DNA of 64,000 nt from Fimbriosthenelais zetlandica (Eukaryota). The DNA lies in the NCBI GenBank assembly GCA_977030845.1, contig OZ365118.1:20026001-20090000 (forward strand), read 5' to 3'. Of the stretch, positions 23,350 through 36,578 are shown piece by piece. The notes under the pieces were generated by a model. It was not told where the DNA came from, did not search any database, and was given only the letters and a program-made list of their open reading frames with translations. A program made the position numbers and the translations under genes. The stretch's first letter is position 1. Each line of letters begins with the position of its first letter.

Positions 23350-26300
23350 GGCCAGGCTGGTGTCGCAATGTTAAATGTGCCAGTGGAGGACACCTTTAAA
23401 GCCTTGAACGCTTCAACAATAATTTAAGTTATTACCATTTTAGCATCTTCCTTTGTTGGAATATTACCAAAACCAGGTACAGGCTTAAACCGAGCTCAAC
23501 CTTTCAACTCCTCTGTTCACTTTGTATTAAATTGTACAAAGAAACAGAATGAAATCTGATAGTATTGAAAGGTCATCAGGTTTCTGATGAATTCAATACA
23601 ATTTAGAAGGCCGTGATATTTGGTAATATTAGTGGTGAATACGTTTTCAATCTTTGATTAATGGTTTGAAATGTACACCTCAGCAAAGTAGACAGTAATG
23701 GCAATGTCAGGATTGTTTTATAAGGCCTGACAAATGTCAAATGAACGGCGCTGGCCTAAAGCTCCTGGCCTTTTTGTCTTCACCATTGATACTTAAACTG
23801 AATGAGGCTCTCAGAATTAGTTTGACTTAAAGTAGGATGCCTACAATAACAGCACATTATTCAGCACTTTCATTAACCTTTCTCTAAAAGAATGACTCAC
23901 AATCATATCAGGTAAACTAAACATAGTATAGGGAATTCCTCTTGCATTTTATTTCATAATCTCTGCCTGAGGAAATGTCATTTACTGGCTTCAGAAGAGC
24001 CATATTAGCTGTATTGGGCGGCTCTTTTTACCGCCACCTCAACTCTCATATTTTAAGACCATAAATGATCTTTTTTGTACCATTAGAGCTGCGTTGCAAA
24101 TTGCTTATGAAGGTTTTAAACATGAAACTTGCAACAGGCTTATTATAATGGATCAGATTTAAAACGCTATGATGGAACATAATACGAAGCATAATGTCAT
24201 CAACTTTTTCATTGTCAAATAAACTGTCTGTGTCTAGAAGTGACACTTTTGCCATTATATTTTTTGTACACTCTGAACTGTTTTTTGACCAAAGACCTGT
24301 TTATCTTGTATCATCTCCCTTCTCTCCCTCTCCCCTCTGCTCCTTATCTGTCACAATCGCTGTGGAGGCTAGCATTTTAAGCACTAATAGGCGTTTATTT
24401 TATTACCGCTCTGCTCTACCCGCCTACTTTATTACCCTCTATGACAAATTACACTGTGCCCTCCTGCCGACCACCACACTGCCATCAGCCCCCTCCACCA
24501 CCCCTGATCCCTTTATCAGCCCCTCCCATAATGTCTCCTCACTATGACCATCACAGGATAATCTGTCACCGCCAGGAATGGTGGCCATTACAGGCGTTCT
24601 AACACTCACTACTCCCAGTCAAACTACATCCACTGTGCTGCATGATAATCTGAGGAATAATCCATAAGTTTAGTACTAACCAGGGAATCAAAGATCACGG
24701 TCAGTGAATGAAAATACAGTCATTTCATCTTGGGTACCAACCAAACCCTCTCACCATAGTACTGAGTTCTGTACCACACTCTGGCTGCTAAATATGTCTC
24801 CTACAGTATGTTACCAAGTACCTACACTTTCATGTTTTATCATACTCAATCACTACAAGTATTTAATAGTTTACTCAACAATAGGCCGGCTCGCGGGGAA
24901 TGTGGCAGGTATAATACAGCAGGGAGTATAGTATGTGATGGTAAGAGAAGCCTGGCCTGCCGGGGTCTGGTGTAAATGGTCACAGTTCTCAGTCATCTTC
25001 ATGTAGTGATGACCCACCGACCCCTGCCCCACACAGACATCTGTCTGAACAGTCAGGTGGCCAGCAACACGGGGCCTGGTTCACGGGGAGCAGCTAGACT
25101 CAGGTGCTACTGCCATTAAATCATAGCCTCTTCTGCCATAGAAGAATTTTAGGCAGAAGCAATTTTCTTTTGCAATTTTTATTTCAGTATTTAATGGAAT
25201 TTAATCACAACTTATATGATGTCGAAATGCATTTCCCATTTCGTATATATTATATATAGATTTATACTTGGAATCTCCACTTGAAAAACCAGATTTGATT
25301 CAAGTTATGCCTATCCAGATTCCATTTTGGTATAAATAGAAATTGAAATGAAAACGACGCCCCAGCAGACCGGAGAAACCCGAGTAGGCAAACAACAGTT
25401 GGCATCAATTTGAGCATGTACCAGGACCTGTCAAAGCTCACCCAAAAAAAGATTAACAAAAATAATTAGTGGGTTTTTCTAACCGAGAACTGCCAGGGGC
25501 TGGACTTGGGCTGGGGCTGGGAGTGGGGCTGGATTGAAGGTTGGGGAATGTGTTCAGGGTGACCCAGGGTGAACTGTGGGTCTTCTGGCATCAGATACCT
25601 GGCAGTCCCTGTACTGTGGTAAGCTGGAGGATGACCTATGTGGGCTGGACGAGATATTACTCTACATCTTAATCCTACTATAAGCTTCCTCAAGCCTATC
25701 ACACCTTACAGTTCCACAGACGGATTAACCAGGTTAAGCTGGTGTTGTCTTCGAGTGAAATCCACAACAGATCTCCATAAGTTGTGTCGCCTCCAGAGCC
25801 AAACAAACAAAATACTAAAATTCTACTCCAGGTCATAAAGTAATCTGTATATGACTTCAAACATGTTTTGTTATTGGAGAGAAAATCAGCCATTTTCCAC
25901 ACTTTCAATAACCATTGTCTGGGATATACATACCATCCTCTCCCCCACCCCTCAAAGAAGGTCAGGTCCAAACGGGGACAAAAAAAGTTAATTTAAGAGT
26001 GAAGTGTGGCCGTGTTGGGAGGTGGAGCCAGGGCTTGTCTTGTGAATAAAGCCAATACTTCCTTCTCTCACACCTCCTTCACTGGTGGTCTTAACGTCAC
26101 CTCTGTCTGCCTGCATTCAGCAAGCAGGGCCTTGTTGTGTATCAGACTGACTTAATATATGAGCCTTGCAGAAAAGGGTTAATGTATCCAGTATAAAGGG
26201 TTAAGGGTTAAGACTAGCATTAATGTTACCTCACCCAATACAACCCCAACCCCTCACCCTCTCCCGCCTCAGTTATTAGTGTGAAATCGATAACCCCGTC

Positions 26301-29300
26301 CCTTTATATCCCCTGTCTTATTACAGCCTACTATATGTATAGGAAATCGATGAGGACCATCAGAGGTATAATCAAATATTCAGTTGGTAATAGTCAAATG
26401 AGTGAGTTAACAAACAAACACTTATTATAAAGGATGAATTATTAAACTATCAATTATAGTGAGGGGGATCCCTGTAGTAAAGCTTGCTGAACAGTGCTGG
26501 GTTAGAAGTGAGCAGCTCTAACAGGTTGTATAGGATTTAAACCAGGGTCTGAGCTACTATTTCTATTGTACTGGAACTACAGCTCTCATTAAATCAGCTA
26601 CAAAAATAAAAACCAGGAAAGATCATCACTCATGCATGATTTACCAGGCAATGTATCACTCAAGTTTTTTCTTTCAAATAGAAAAAACTGTTTCGCATGC
26701 AAAAAAATCCATTAGTCTTATGTTGCATTACAACCCAGTTTGCTATGGTTAACCGATCCATCATGTTAGATGGAACTTTAAACATGTCCTACACGAGTCT
26801 ATCTCACTCTATCAGAGGAAGATTGAATGGATATGGGTCATGCATTTAATATCAATGATATTAATTATCTACCATTGGAGCTGGCATGGCTCAATATTAC
26901 CAGAGGAGGCATGAGTGTGAGAGGCGAGAGAATCATAACGGGTTAGTGGGAATTATTTACTGGTTAATTACTGAAGAATGGATTTATGAATGGATCAATG
27001 TGGGGAATAATTGAGTCCTAAAACATTCCAATATTTTAATGTGAGGAGGAAAAGCATGAAATCTTTTTGGCGCCAATTATTCCAGAATGTTGGCCGCCTG
27101 AGCTATTTCTGTCTCTCCTCATATCCCCTGACAGCCCCATTTCAGTTTTAATTTTTTGATTGAACATCTCTCAGGACGTGTTGCCATCCCATCGGCGGGG
27201 AAGCTCCTCCCCGACAAAACAACCTTACAGTCGGCTTCATCTTATCTGGCAGCCCAAGTACTCATCTCATTTGACTTAATTCTCTGATTGAAGTGAATGA
27301 ATTGTCAGTGAATCATATACTAAATGGTATGACTGAGTATTGAACATTTCCACTATGATTAAATCTCACAGGAGGTAACCTATAAATCAGGTCCACATGT
27401 AATAAGACAGTCCGCACTAATCCACAATAAATGAACAATTCTACAGTCCCCTCTTCTCGAATCAATTCAATTTAAAACCATCCACTTCAGGACTTTGATT
27501 ACGAAGAAGGCTCAGTGGAAAAAGGAAATTAAAGATGCAAATTGGATGTGTAAGGACTGTACTCAACTCGATTATTTTCTAAGAGAGTGGAAATCTAGGG
27601 AGGCAATATCTTGGGAAATGGGTCATTGGGTGTTTATTGACTTCCACCACGCCATTGCCCAAAATAGGCCAAGCCGCAGCGCCATCTCCAGGGAATCCCA
27701 CCAACTCCTCCAGAAGCAATGTGGATGTAAGACTTGGATTTCACTCATTGCTTCCTAGGGAGATCGATACATTTTCTCTCTCTGTCCTCTTCCTTTACTT
27801 CCTCACATTATTTGATATTGGGACCGTTTCTCCACACATGAATCACCGTGAGCTGTCACCAATATACCTCAGTTTTAATCTGCCTATTGGCGGTGTCTAT
27901 CAGGTGATTGGTGGGTGTCTATAAGGTGATAAACCACTATTGAGTGATAATGTGACATGTATGTAGGTATTCTACACCTGATGTGTAGACAACACCTGAG
28001 GAGAGGGAAGTGAAGCAGCCCTGGGAAGACTGGCGATTGAATCAGGGACTTACTTGTCCTAAGGGGTTTTCTGGGAACTATCCCTCATGATAACTGAACT
28101 AACTCGCCCAGCCTCTCCCTCCTCCTCGCTTCCCCCATTTCCCCATGGTATATGGTGGAGACCCCCGCTCCCCCTTCCCCTTACCTCTTACATCCTGACA
28201 TGACTGATCAGAAAAGACGCCATAAATCCAAATCATATCCGGTAGCGGATTCATAAAATGATGGGGCCTGGTAATGGAGGTGTTGGTCCCATATGGGGGT
28301 TGGGTTTGGGGGTAGTGGGGGGAGGCATGTACGTGGGTACATGTATGTACATTGGTCAGCCCATCCATCTAACCCACCCCCGGGGGACAAGACAATGTTT
28401 TATCTCATCTCTCATCTATATCTGTTTGGATGTGCTACTATAATTTCTCTCCCATCTTGGTGGAAATAAGATTTCACCTTAATATTCATATGAGTCAATA
28501 ACATCTAACACATGTTATATTTTGTCAATATAGTTGAACTGCACATATATGTTGAATATGTGGATTAATATGGATTAGGTTGTTAATACCAAATCCCATA
28601 TTGGAGCAAGACAAAGCAACAAGAGTCCAAGTGTTAAAATAGAAGTGAGAGTGTATTGACAGTTTATCGATTCATGCCCCATTCCCTAAATTAAAACGCT
28701 CCAGAATTCGCTTAGTGCCTGGACATAACTCAATACTACCCTTTTCAAACGCCCCTCGTGGGTGGTCCTAACTCTGCTGATTGACCAGTAATCTTAAATA
28801 ATTTTAAACTGTTGGCCGGTTTGTTGTTCCCTGTCTACTACTCATTGATGGTTTTATTCCTGGTGCTCTCTGCTAGGCCTGCCAGGGGGCGGGTTGGCCC
28901 ACGCAGTTCATGGTTAATTTTGGGCTAGCTTGGCAGGCTGGATGGATGTATACATCAGGCCGGGGGTTGTCTCAACATTACTAGAGGTCACAGAGGTCAC
29001 AGATATTTACTCATCCACACATTTGTAAAGTCTGCCCAACAGTAGCAGCACAATATATCATACTAGCTCAGTATGATCCTTTATGAGATACGTTGCCTAT
29101 CAAGTCCTATGTATAACTGGGATCAATTAAGTGAACTCTTTGTATCCAACATTCCACAAAGAAAGCCCATGAGAAATGGTTGTACTGGCATCAAAGGCTT
29201 AAGAGCAAATAGCCAATTAATCAGGGGAATAGACGTTTAATCCGCACTGCATTCATTCCCTTATACCCTACCAAATACATCATTGTAAAAAAATGGATGA

Positions 29301-30814
29301 AAAACACTTTTTTCCTTATCATCAATGAATATGTCTTCCCAAAAGGCAAAACATTTCAGTCCAGCAAGATGGCCGAGCCATCATAGCACCCTGAAAAATT
29401 GAGATGGGGCTATCCTGACACCCCGTGTACCAGGCGTAATATCCCTCTAACCCCAGGAGACCTTCCTCAATGATCCTGGCGGTAGAGCAGGGACTTATTG
29501 ATAGGAGCCTGAGTGGATAGGCGCACTATCTGCTCGCCCCATCACTGTCACATCCAGGCCCACCCCAGTTTTGGCCTCAATTACACTAGGAATCTTGTCC
29601 CGTATGATTTGACCCTTTACCAACAAGCACCCGGTGGTCTGTACTGGAACTGTCAGGGAAGGAGATGATAGGAGGAAAAGGTCACAAGCTTTAAATGTTC
29701 ATGGTCGGCCGCCCACAGACATCTATAATATATGTTATATATACCACACTATTACACTGGCTGCTACCGGGTGTTTTTGTATTGTCACTATAGGTGCACT
29801 TAGTGCTTTAGCTGGCTGGAAAGAGATGCGGGGAGAAGGGTGAATAGATGGGATGGACAGAGAGGATGCGCAGGGAAAGATGAAGGAGAAGCAAGTGAGA
29901 AGTAGGGAAGAAGGGGATAAGTCCCAGGAGCAGGATTAAGAGGGGGAAGGAGAGATGGGATGTGTTTAGGATAGAGGCATGTAGGGGGGTAGACAGGGAG
30001 GAGGAGAGCGGGCCAGTCAGCTGGAGGTAGTGTAGGGTAAGGTACATTAGCCTCAGGGGTCACGGAGGTAGATTGGTGTATTAGCCATCTATGAATAGAG
30101 ATGAAGGCGACCATGAATAGTGATTCTCTCAGTCAGTTTGGCTGGAGGCAGGCTGACTAGAAATAGCCTAAGTATTGTGATCATCTCTACTTGGGGAACG
30201 ATTGCCTTTATTAAATGGCCCAGCAGCATCGATCTCAAACTTGTTTGTGTAGGCCAGACACAGGACCCGTGCAGAGTTTCCCCATATTTAAGTTTTTCTG
30301 GCATAACAGAAAAAACAAACGGGGTACCTCAGAATAACTGGAACCTCTCCTCCTATAGTCTGAATATTGTAGCAGTTACACTCAATATATTTGATTGACC
30401 TTTTGATTTGTTTGAACTGTTTCAATATACTATAAAGTTAACAAAACATAAGCTCTGGAAGACACTGTAAAGTGGCTATGCCAAGATGTATCCCGATTTA
30501 AATAAAACTAAATTAAACAATAAATATAGCCACAGATCTTTGCTCTCAGTCCGGGAGAGTTTTAACAGAGATCATGTCATATGTAAGCATTTTTTCATGA
30601 CTTTACACATTGAAACCAGCGGGGTAAGTCTAGGAGGAATACCATGATGAAGCAATATTTCCACATAAGGTCGCATTACGTTAGAGTGCCCCATTAGCCG
30701 TCATAGGTGGGGTGATGACGACGTCTATGTCGTTGGCTATCTATTGATCAGTATTGATCCTAACTGGCTCAGCCATAGATGCCATAAGGCATCAAGCTCT
30801 TTGCCTGGCTCTGG

Positions 30815-30824
30815 CTATTTTTAG
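30815..30824 (+). promoter_or_regulatory. MEF2-type site (CTATTTTTAG) at the edge of a CpG-rich block
   Basis: Exact CTA(A/T)4TAG match, preceded by GG. Motif only. Confidence 0.3.
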
Positions 30825-33800
30825 CGCGTCTCAGGCCCGCTCATTCCGCGGGCCTCGTACGTCCCTAGCTTTTAGCCACTGGCCTCAAAGCCGCTGTTGA
30901 TACATCCGAGATGGGCGAGGTGTTAACCGAGGTGTTGGCCGTCTTACACTTAGCGAATGAGTGTGGCTTTTAGTGGTGGGAGAATGAGTGTGACACCTCT
31001 CACTCCCCCAGTCACCCCTCACCTCTCTACTGTCCCTTATACCAACCCTCATGTAAAAGCTGGAGTAAAACGACCAGCTTCTTTTCTAATTTGCTGAAGG
31101 TGTTCCTCCAATTGATTCCCAGAACTGTTAGAGCGGTGGGTGGGGTGTAGGTAAAAGGTGAAAGGACTGGGGAGGCATGGGAGAGGAAGGGATGGGAGGA
31201 GAGGCATAGAGAGGGAGAAGGGGGAATGAAAGAAACAGAACTGGGGAAGAAGATTTGGAAACGTGCATATAGGCATTTTTTTTGTCAAATCCCATATGGT
31301 TCTTGATTAGGTATCCATTGCATGACTACCATATTTAATACACATCGTATAAGGCAGAATCATACATAAAATTCATCACGTTTCACATTAAAATGCACCT
31401 CACATATAAAGGTGAATGACCTATACGTCCATATCTATATCAATATATACACATTGAATATAGGAAGAGGCTCAAATGTCTGAACACACAATCCATCATT
31501 GCCTGCTATTGGTAGTTGATATAGTGTGAGAGTGAGTAGGAATGAGGGAGTAATGAGGTGAATGTAGAGTTATGGTATTAATGAGTCAGCTCTGTCTACA
31601 CTCCCTCATACCATCCATCTCTCCTGTCTTACAACCCTATGAATTAAAACTCTCAATGAACTTCTCATTCTGTATTTCCGTCTATATGGTAAGCACACAT
31701 TGACATCAATCATGGCAGGGGGTGAAGTAAGTGAATCCATGCATCACATCCAATTATAGAGACACATCCATATTAACATGGTAATTAATCCATTGATAAT
31801 ATAGCGGCCTGCTGCCCCCAGACAGCGATCAGCCGGGCTCTATCATTATATAACGCCCCGGGAGTACCGGCCTCAAGGCCAGGCTCCTCCAGGCCCGATT
31901 GATTCCCCTCTAGGCTAGAGAAGTAAGTTTGTCTCAATCAATTTTCATCAGGATTGACCTTTGTATTTCATCATGGAGGGAGGGGGGAGGGTTGAGACTG
32001 GGTCACATATCAACCCTGGACGAGCCAGCTTCATGATGGAGTCTATAGTAGACCTGATTTATCCCAGGTTAATTTATAAATGACCCATTAATAATACAGT
32101 TAATATTTCATGGAATTCCATCTATCTCCACAGCCCACTGTAGCACAGCGTAATTACCGCCAACTTCCACGGCCTGGCAACTGTAGAGCTTTTTCAGAAT
32201 CATTTTTGTCTTCAATCTAATTGACAACTGAAGACTGTATTCTGCCATCTTGGGTATAAAAGGCATCTAAACCGCCAGTAGATTCCACCGTGCCCATTAG
32301 TGCGTGGGCAAGAACAAAACTCACAGTCAAAGAATTAGATCAAGGTTGGAATTAGAAGAACATTGTAATTTGCACGCAATCATTGAGCTAGAAGTGAGTG
32401 AGAGTGAGAGAACCATGCCAGAGAGACAGCGGTGAGACGAGTTGCCAGAGCCGCAAACTCCCAATTAGCCTGGTAAATCCAGGCGGGGAGGGTTTTAATC
32501 CTAGCCGGCCATAGATGATGAATAAGGCAGGGAAATAGGAGCAAATGTGAATTACTAATACATGGATTGAGACACCCCGTCAAGGCTGAAGGCCAAATTA
32601 GGATGGCAACACACCAACTGATGCAGTAGACCCTGTAAAACCTGGAAAATTACAAAATATTCCCAGGGACAGAGTATCAGGAGCATATATGTCAATTAGT
32701 GATCACTGACAACCCTGAAATCATACACGAGCCTGCTGCAATGTATGAAACTGGCAGTAGATAGAGGTGGGAGGAGTGAGAGGAATTTATACACACAGCC
32801 ATCACAATGCAGGAGGCCATGTCATTAATGGTCTCACGGCATCTGTCAGGGGATTTAAATAATGCTTTCTCATGAATATAAATTTGTTTCTATGCGAGGA
32901 GATCAATGTAAATCTGACAGTCTAATAATGCGAGCAGGGACGGGACATGGTGAAAAGCATGGCCCGATAATAAGGCATGAAACGTGTGTCAGAGATAACT
33001 ATGTCAGAAAGCTGCTTCCTGGAATATACTCAATATCATTGTATATTAAACCAATGAAGCAAATATCATGAGAAAGTGTCAGCCCCTTAAAGCCTCGCCA
33101 CCTTTGGGCAGGACAGGGAACTACTCTTCCATCGGTAGCATTTGAGATTTGAGTCAAGGTTGGGTTTTCCATCTTAATTTCAAACAGTAGGTTTTGGGGT
33201 AATTAAGATGAGATAGGAAGTGTGATGCAAAAATCGCTATTTGACCTTTGGATAGCCATAAATTAATAGTTGCCCACCGATATGAAAGGTCAAATAATGA
33301 CAATTAGTCATGGAGAGAGGATGTGGCGATGAGGCAGTGCACTAAGCTGACAGTAAATCTCAAACTGAACATCGATTTACGTTCAATTTTTCTTACAGTG
33401 GGATTTTAAGATAGAGGCTGCAGTGAATGGTTAACATTAGTAAGAGGAGAGGTAGATGGGTGTTGTCTGTAGATGAGTATCTCATTGATGTTGATATCCT
33501 TCTACTCAGCCTGTGACTAAACAAAACTTTCCACCCTTCTCAACACTACCCCCACCCCCCACCCCCACCCCTCATCCCCGAGTCTGCTCTCAGAATAGAT
33601 CTTATTCCTACCTCACATATCTCAACCATTTCACTCAAATATTGAATTCTTCTCTATTTTTACCTGTCGTGAGCAGGTGTGCTGGTTTGGGATGGGGGGG
33701 GGGATGTCTGAAGGTAGATTGTTTCATCTCTATACCAGTCACATGAAGTCAAAGGGTGTGCCTGGAAACAGGGGGAGAACAGTAGGTCTCTATGTGCTTT

Positions 33801-35920
33801 GGGTGGTGTTGGGGGTTGGGTAGGAGGGGGGGGGGACTGTATGTGGGAGGGTGGACTGGGAGTATAAGGTAGTATATAGAGTAGTGGATGAGACAGTATT
33901 GATGCTTATTTCACACACCTGTCTATAGGCTGGTACCTCAGACGAGGACTAGACTGTCTGTATAACTGTCTGGTAAGAGGTGTCCATGAAGCATCATAAT
34001 GTAGTTACCATTATTGCCCGAGGCCATACAATTTGTCGATTATTTAGACTGAATGATTCGCACCCAGAGTAACAGATATTGATGAGAGCTTATATAAGTG
34101 TTGTATAAGAGTATAGGATAATATAAAGCCAGGGTCAGTGTGGGTGTGACTGAGGACAGCGTGGAGCCTGTATTCTATATAGAATCATCCACTGTCCACA
34201 CTCATTCAATTACTCCATTATCAGATGAGGTCAGGTCTGTTACGACATTAGGTCATATTCTCACAATGTACATTAGCCATGGCTGTGTCTGCATCCATCT
34301 ATCTAGATAGTTCATACTGTTATGCAGTAATTGTAATGTAATCGACATCAATAAATGAGTGGATGTAAGATCAAGTCGTATAGACCACCATCTGCTGATC
34401 TAGCAGATCCACTCTGCCTACCACCCAGTATTTGCATGCACCCAGGCATTTTCTCTCTCATTTAACGGCAGATAAATATGAATTTACTTTGTCAATAAGA
34501 ATGGATACATTGAACTGGCAGCAGACCAGCAGGCCCCTGCTGTCAGCGTGGGATGCGAGTATAGCGGGATCCCCATTGTATGTTAAAGCCTTGACGGTGG
34601 TGTGCCAGAAATGTGCAGGTATTTTCTGCTTTCAGTGGATGGTCCATACAGGAAATGAAATATCCTTACAACCAAACCCTCCCACACACCATGCAATGGT
34701 ACGGAACATGCACACATGGATGGAAAGCTTCCCTCAATATGCTGGGTACTGTAGAAACAGATGGTCTCTGACTGACATTCTTGTCTATGGGTGTAAATGG
34801 TAGAGGTACTGGTATAGGGTTGTGGGGCAAGCAAGGGCTGGGATAGGAACTGGTGTACATCAGACTGATTAGAAGGTGTGCCTGTCTATACGGTCAATGA
34901 GAGGAGCTATGGTACCAGACAATCTCCTAACAATCATACATGAACATCGACCTGATATTCTACAGTCCATGGATGGACACAAACAATTAGTGAGACATGA
35001 GGGAGATCGATAGTGGGGGGAGATGGGGCGTACATGAGACAACAATGATACAGCTGTCTACAGCAGGCTGGATGTCCCAAAACCCACAACACCTGGAGGG
35101 GGGGGGGGGGTCAATATAGCCATCTACTCCAGTACTAGGGCGGTGTCTATATGACCACATGCTCATATGCCATATACAGCTGTCAAATTACTTTTGTTTG
35201 ACAAACCATTGATGTACAACTATAAACAATGAATGGTGATTTAACGCCATGCCAGCTGCTACGGCGATATTCAACTATAAACAGATCAATCATGTATATA
35301 ATAGACTCTATATGAATGGTTGCATTCATCATTTTGCATGGTGGCTTTTCTTTATATAAGAGGACATCATTCGATCTAATTCTTCACCCCGTTGGGAGGA
35401 ATTTGATTTGGTCTGAATTTGGTGAGGAATATCAGGTGTCTGCATCTATCAATATGTAGAGAGGGAAGGTGAAGGCAGTGGTAGGCCTGGTGGGCTAACG
35501 TTACATGCTCACGGCCCTGCTACACACCTCACTAACCGTGACCTATATAATGACTTTAACCTCAATATCAATCATGCTCCAGAATGCTATAAACTGGGGG
35601 CAAATCAGAACAGATCATAGATGCAAAGTACAAATGTCTGCCACTATATGAAATATTCAATAGATCACACAATATGTTCTATTTTCTGGGATATAATAAG
35701 GATTAAGTTTGTGAGAGGAATGTTAATTGTTTGCCGGTGGTCCCAGCATGAGGTGTCAGGTTTTTGGGGGTGCCCCTCCAGACCGGATTATCCCTGGATC
35801 ACTCAGGAATCAAGTGGGATTATCGTACATCTGGTTGATCCTCTGTTACCTGCCCGGGGGTGGGGGTGGGGGGGGGGGGGCAGGTGAATCGTATCTCAAT
35901 CTTTACCAGTCTCGCTGGTA

Positions 35921-36115
35921 TGTAGGCCTGATGGGATGTATGTAGGCCTGATGGGCTGTATGTAGGCCTGGTGGGCGGCATGTAGGCCTGGTGGGAGTTA
36001 TGTAGGCCTGGTGGGAGGCATGTAGGCCTGGTGGGAGGCAGGTAGGCCTGGTGGGAGGCATGTTGGCCTGGTGAGAGGCATGTATAGGCCTGATGACAGG
36101 CGCATGTAGGCCTGG
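35921..36115. repeat. Minisatellite, ~9-10 x 20 bp (TGTAGGCCTGGTGGGAGGCA)
   Basis: Directly visible tandem units, diverging toward both ends. Confidence 0.93.
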
Positions 36116-36564
36116 GGTTGAAGGTAATCAGGTTTGGCTATCCTAACTAAGAGATCCACCCAGCCTGGAGCTGGACCAGCTCATCCCAGCCCTGGTCAGC
36201 TCAGAGCAGCTCTCACTTCCTCTCACAGTGGCGCCACCTAGTGAGGTAGGCCCTCCTGGTGAGCTGTGTGGGTACTAACATTTCCCCCTCACTTTCCCCT
36301 GTGTGTATTGACCAATACAGGACTTGGAGGCGACGCATGCTCTTAATGCGTTTGTGAGATCTACAAGCTTGCTGAGGCGATCTCCACCTGAGCCCACTCA
36401 ATATGTGACACTTCCCACCGCAGGTTTGTCAATCCATCCAGGGTGGTGGTCCCCACTAGCCAGCTGGGGGCTTCAATAAGCAGGGTAGCCCCTGGCAGGG
36501 TCAGGGGCAGGGATACACTGTAATCACATTGCTCCGGCTTATAAGCTTCAATCTCCTCCTACAG

Positions 36565-36578
36565 GTTGCTATGGAAAC
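36565..36578 (+). promoter_or_regulatory. RFX X-box (GTTGCTATGGAAAC)
   Basis: Full 14-bp match to the established X-box consensus. Function untested. Confidence 0.4.

Noticed and set aside
33361-33445. Acceptor ttcaatttttcttacag plus downstream GTAAGA (41-nt pseudo-exon)
   Set aside because: Poor branch motif and a weak donor context. Typical chance pseudo-exon.
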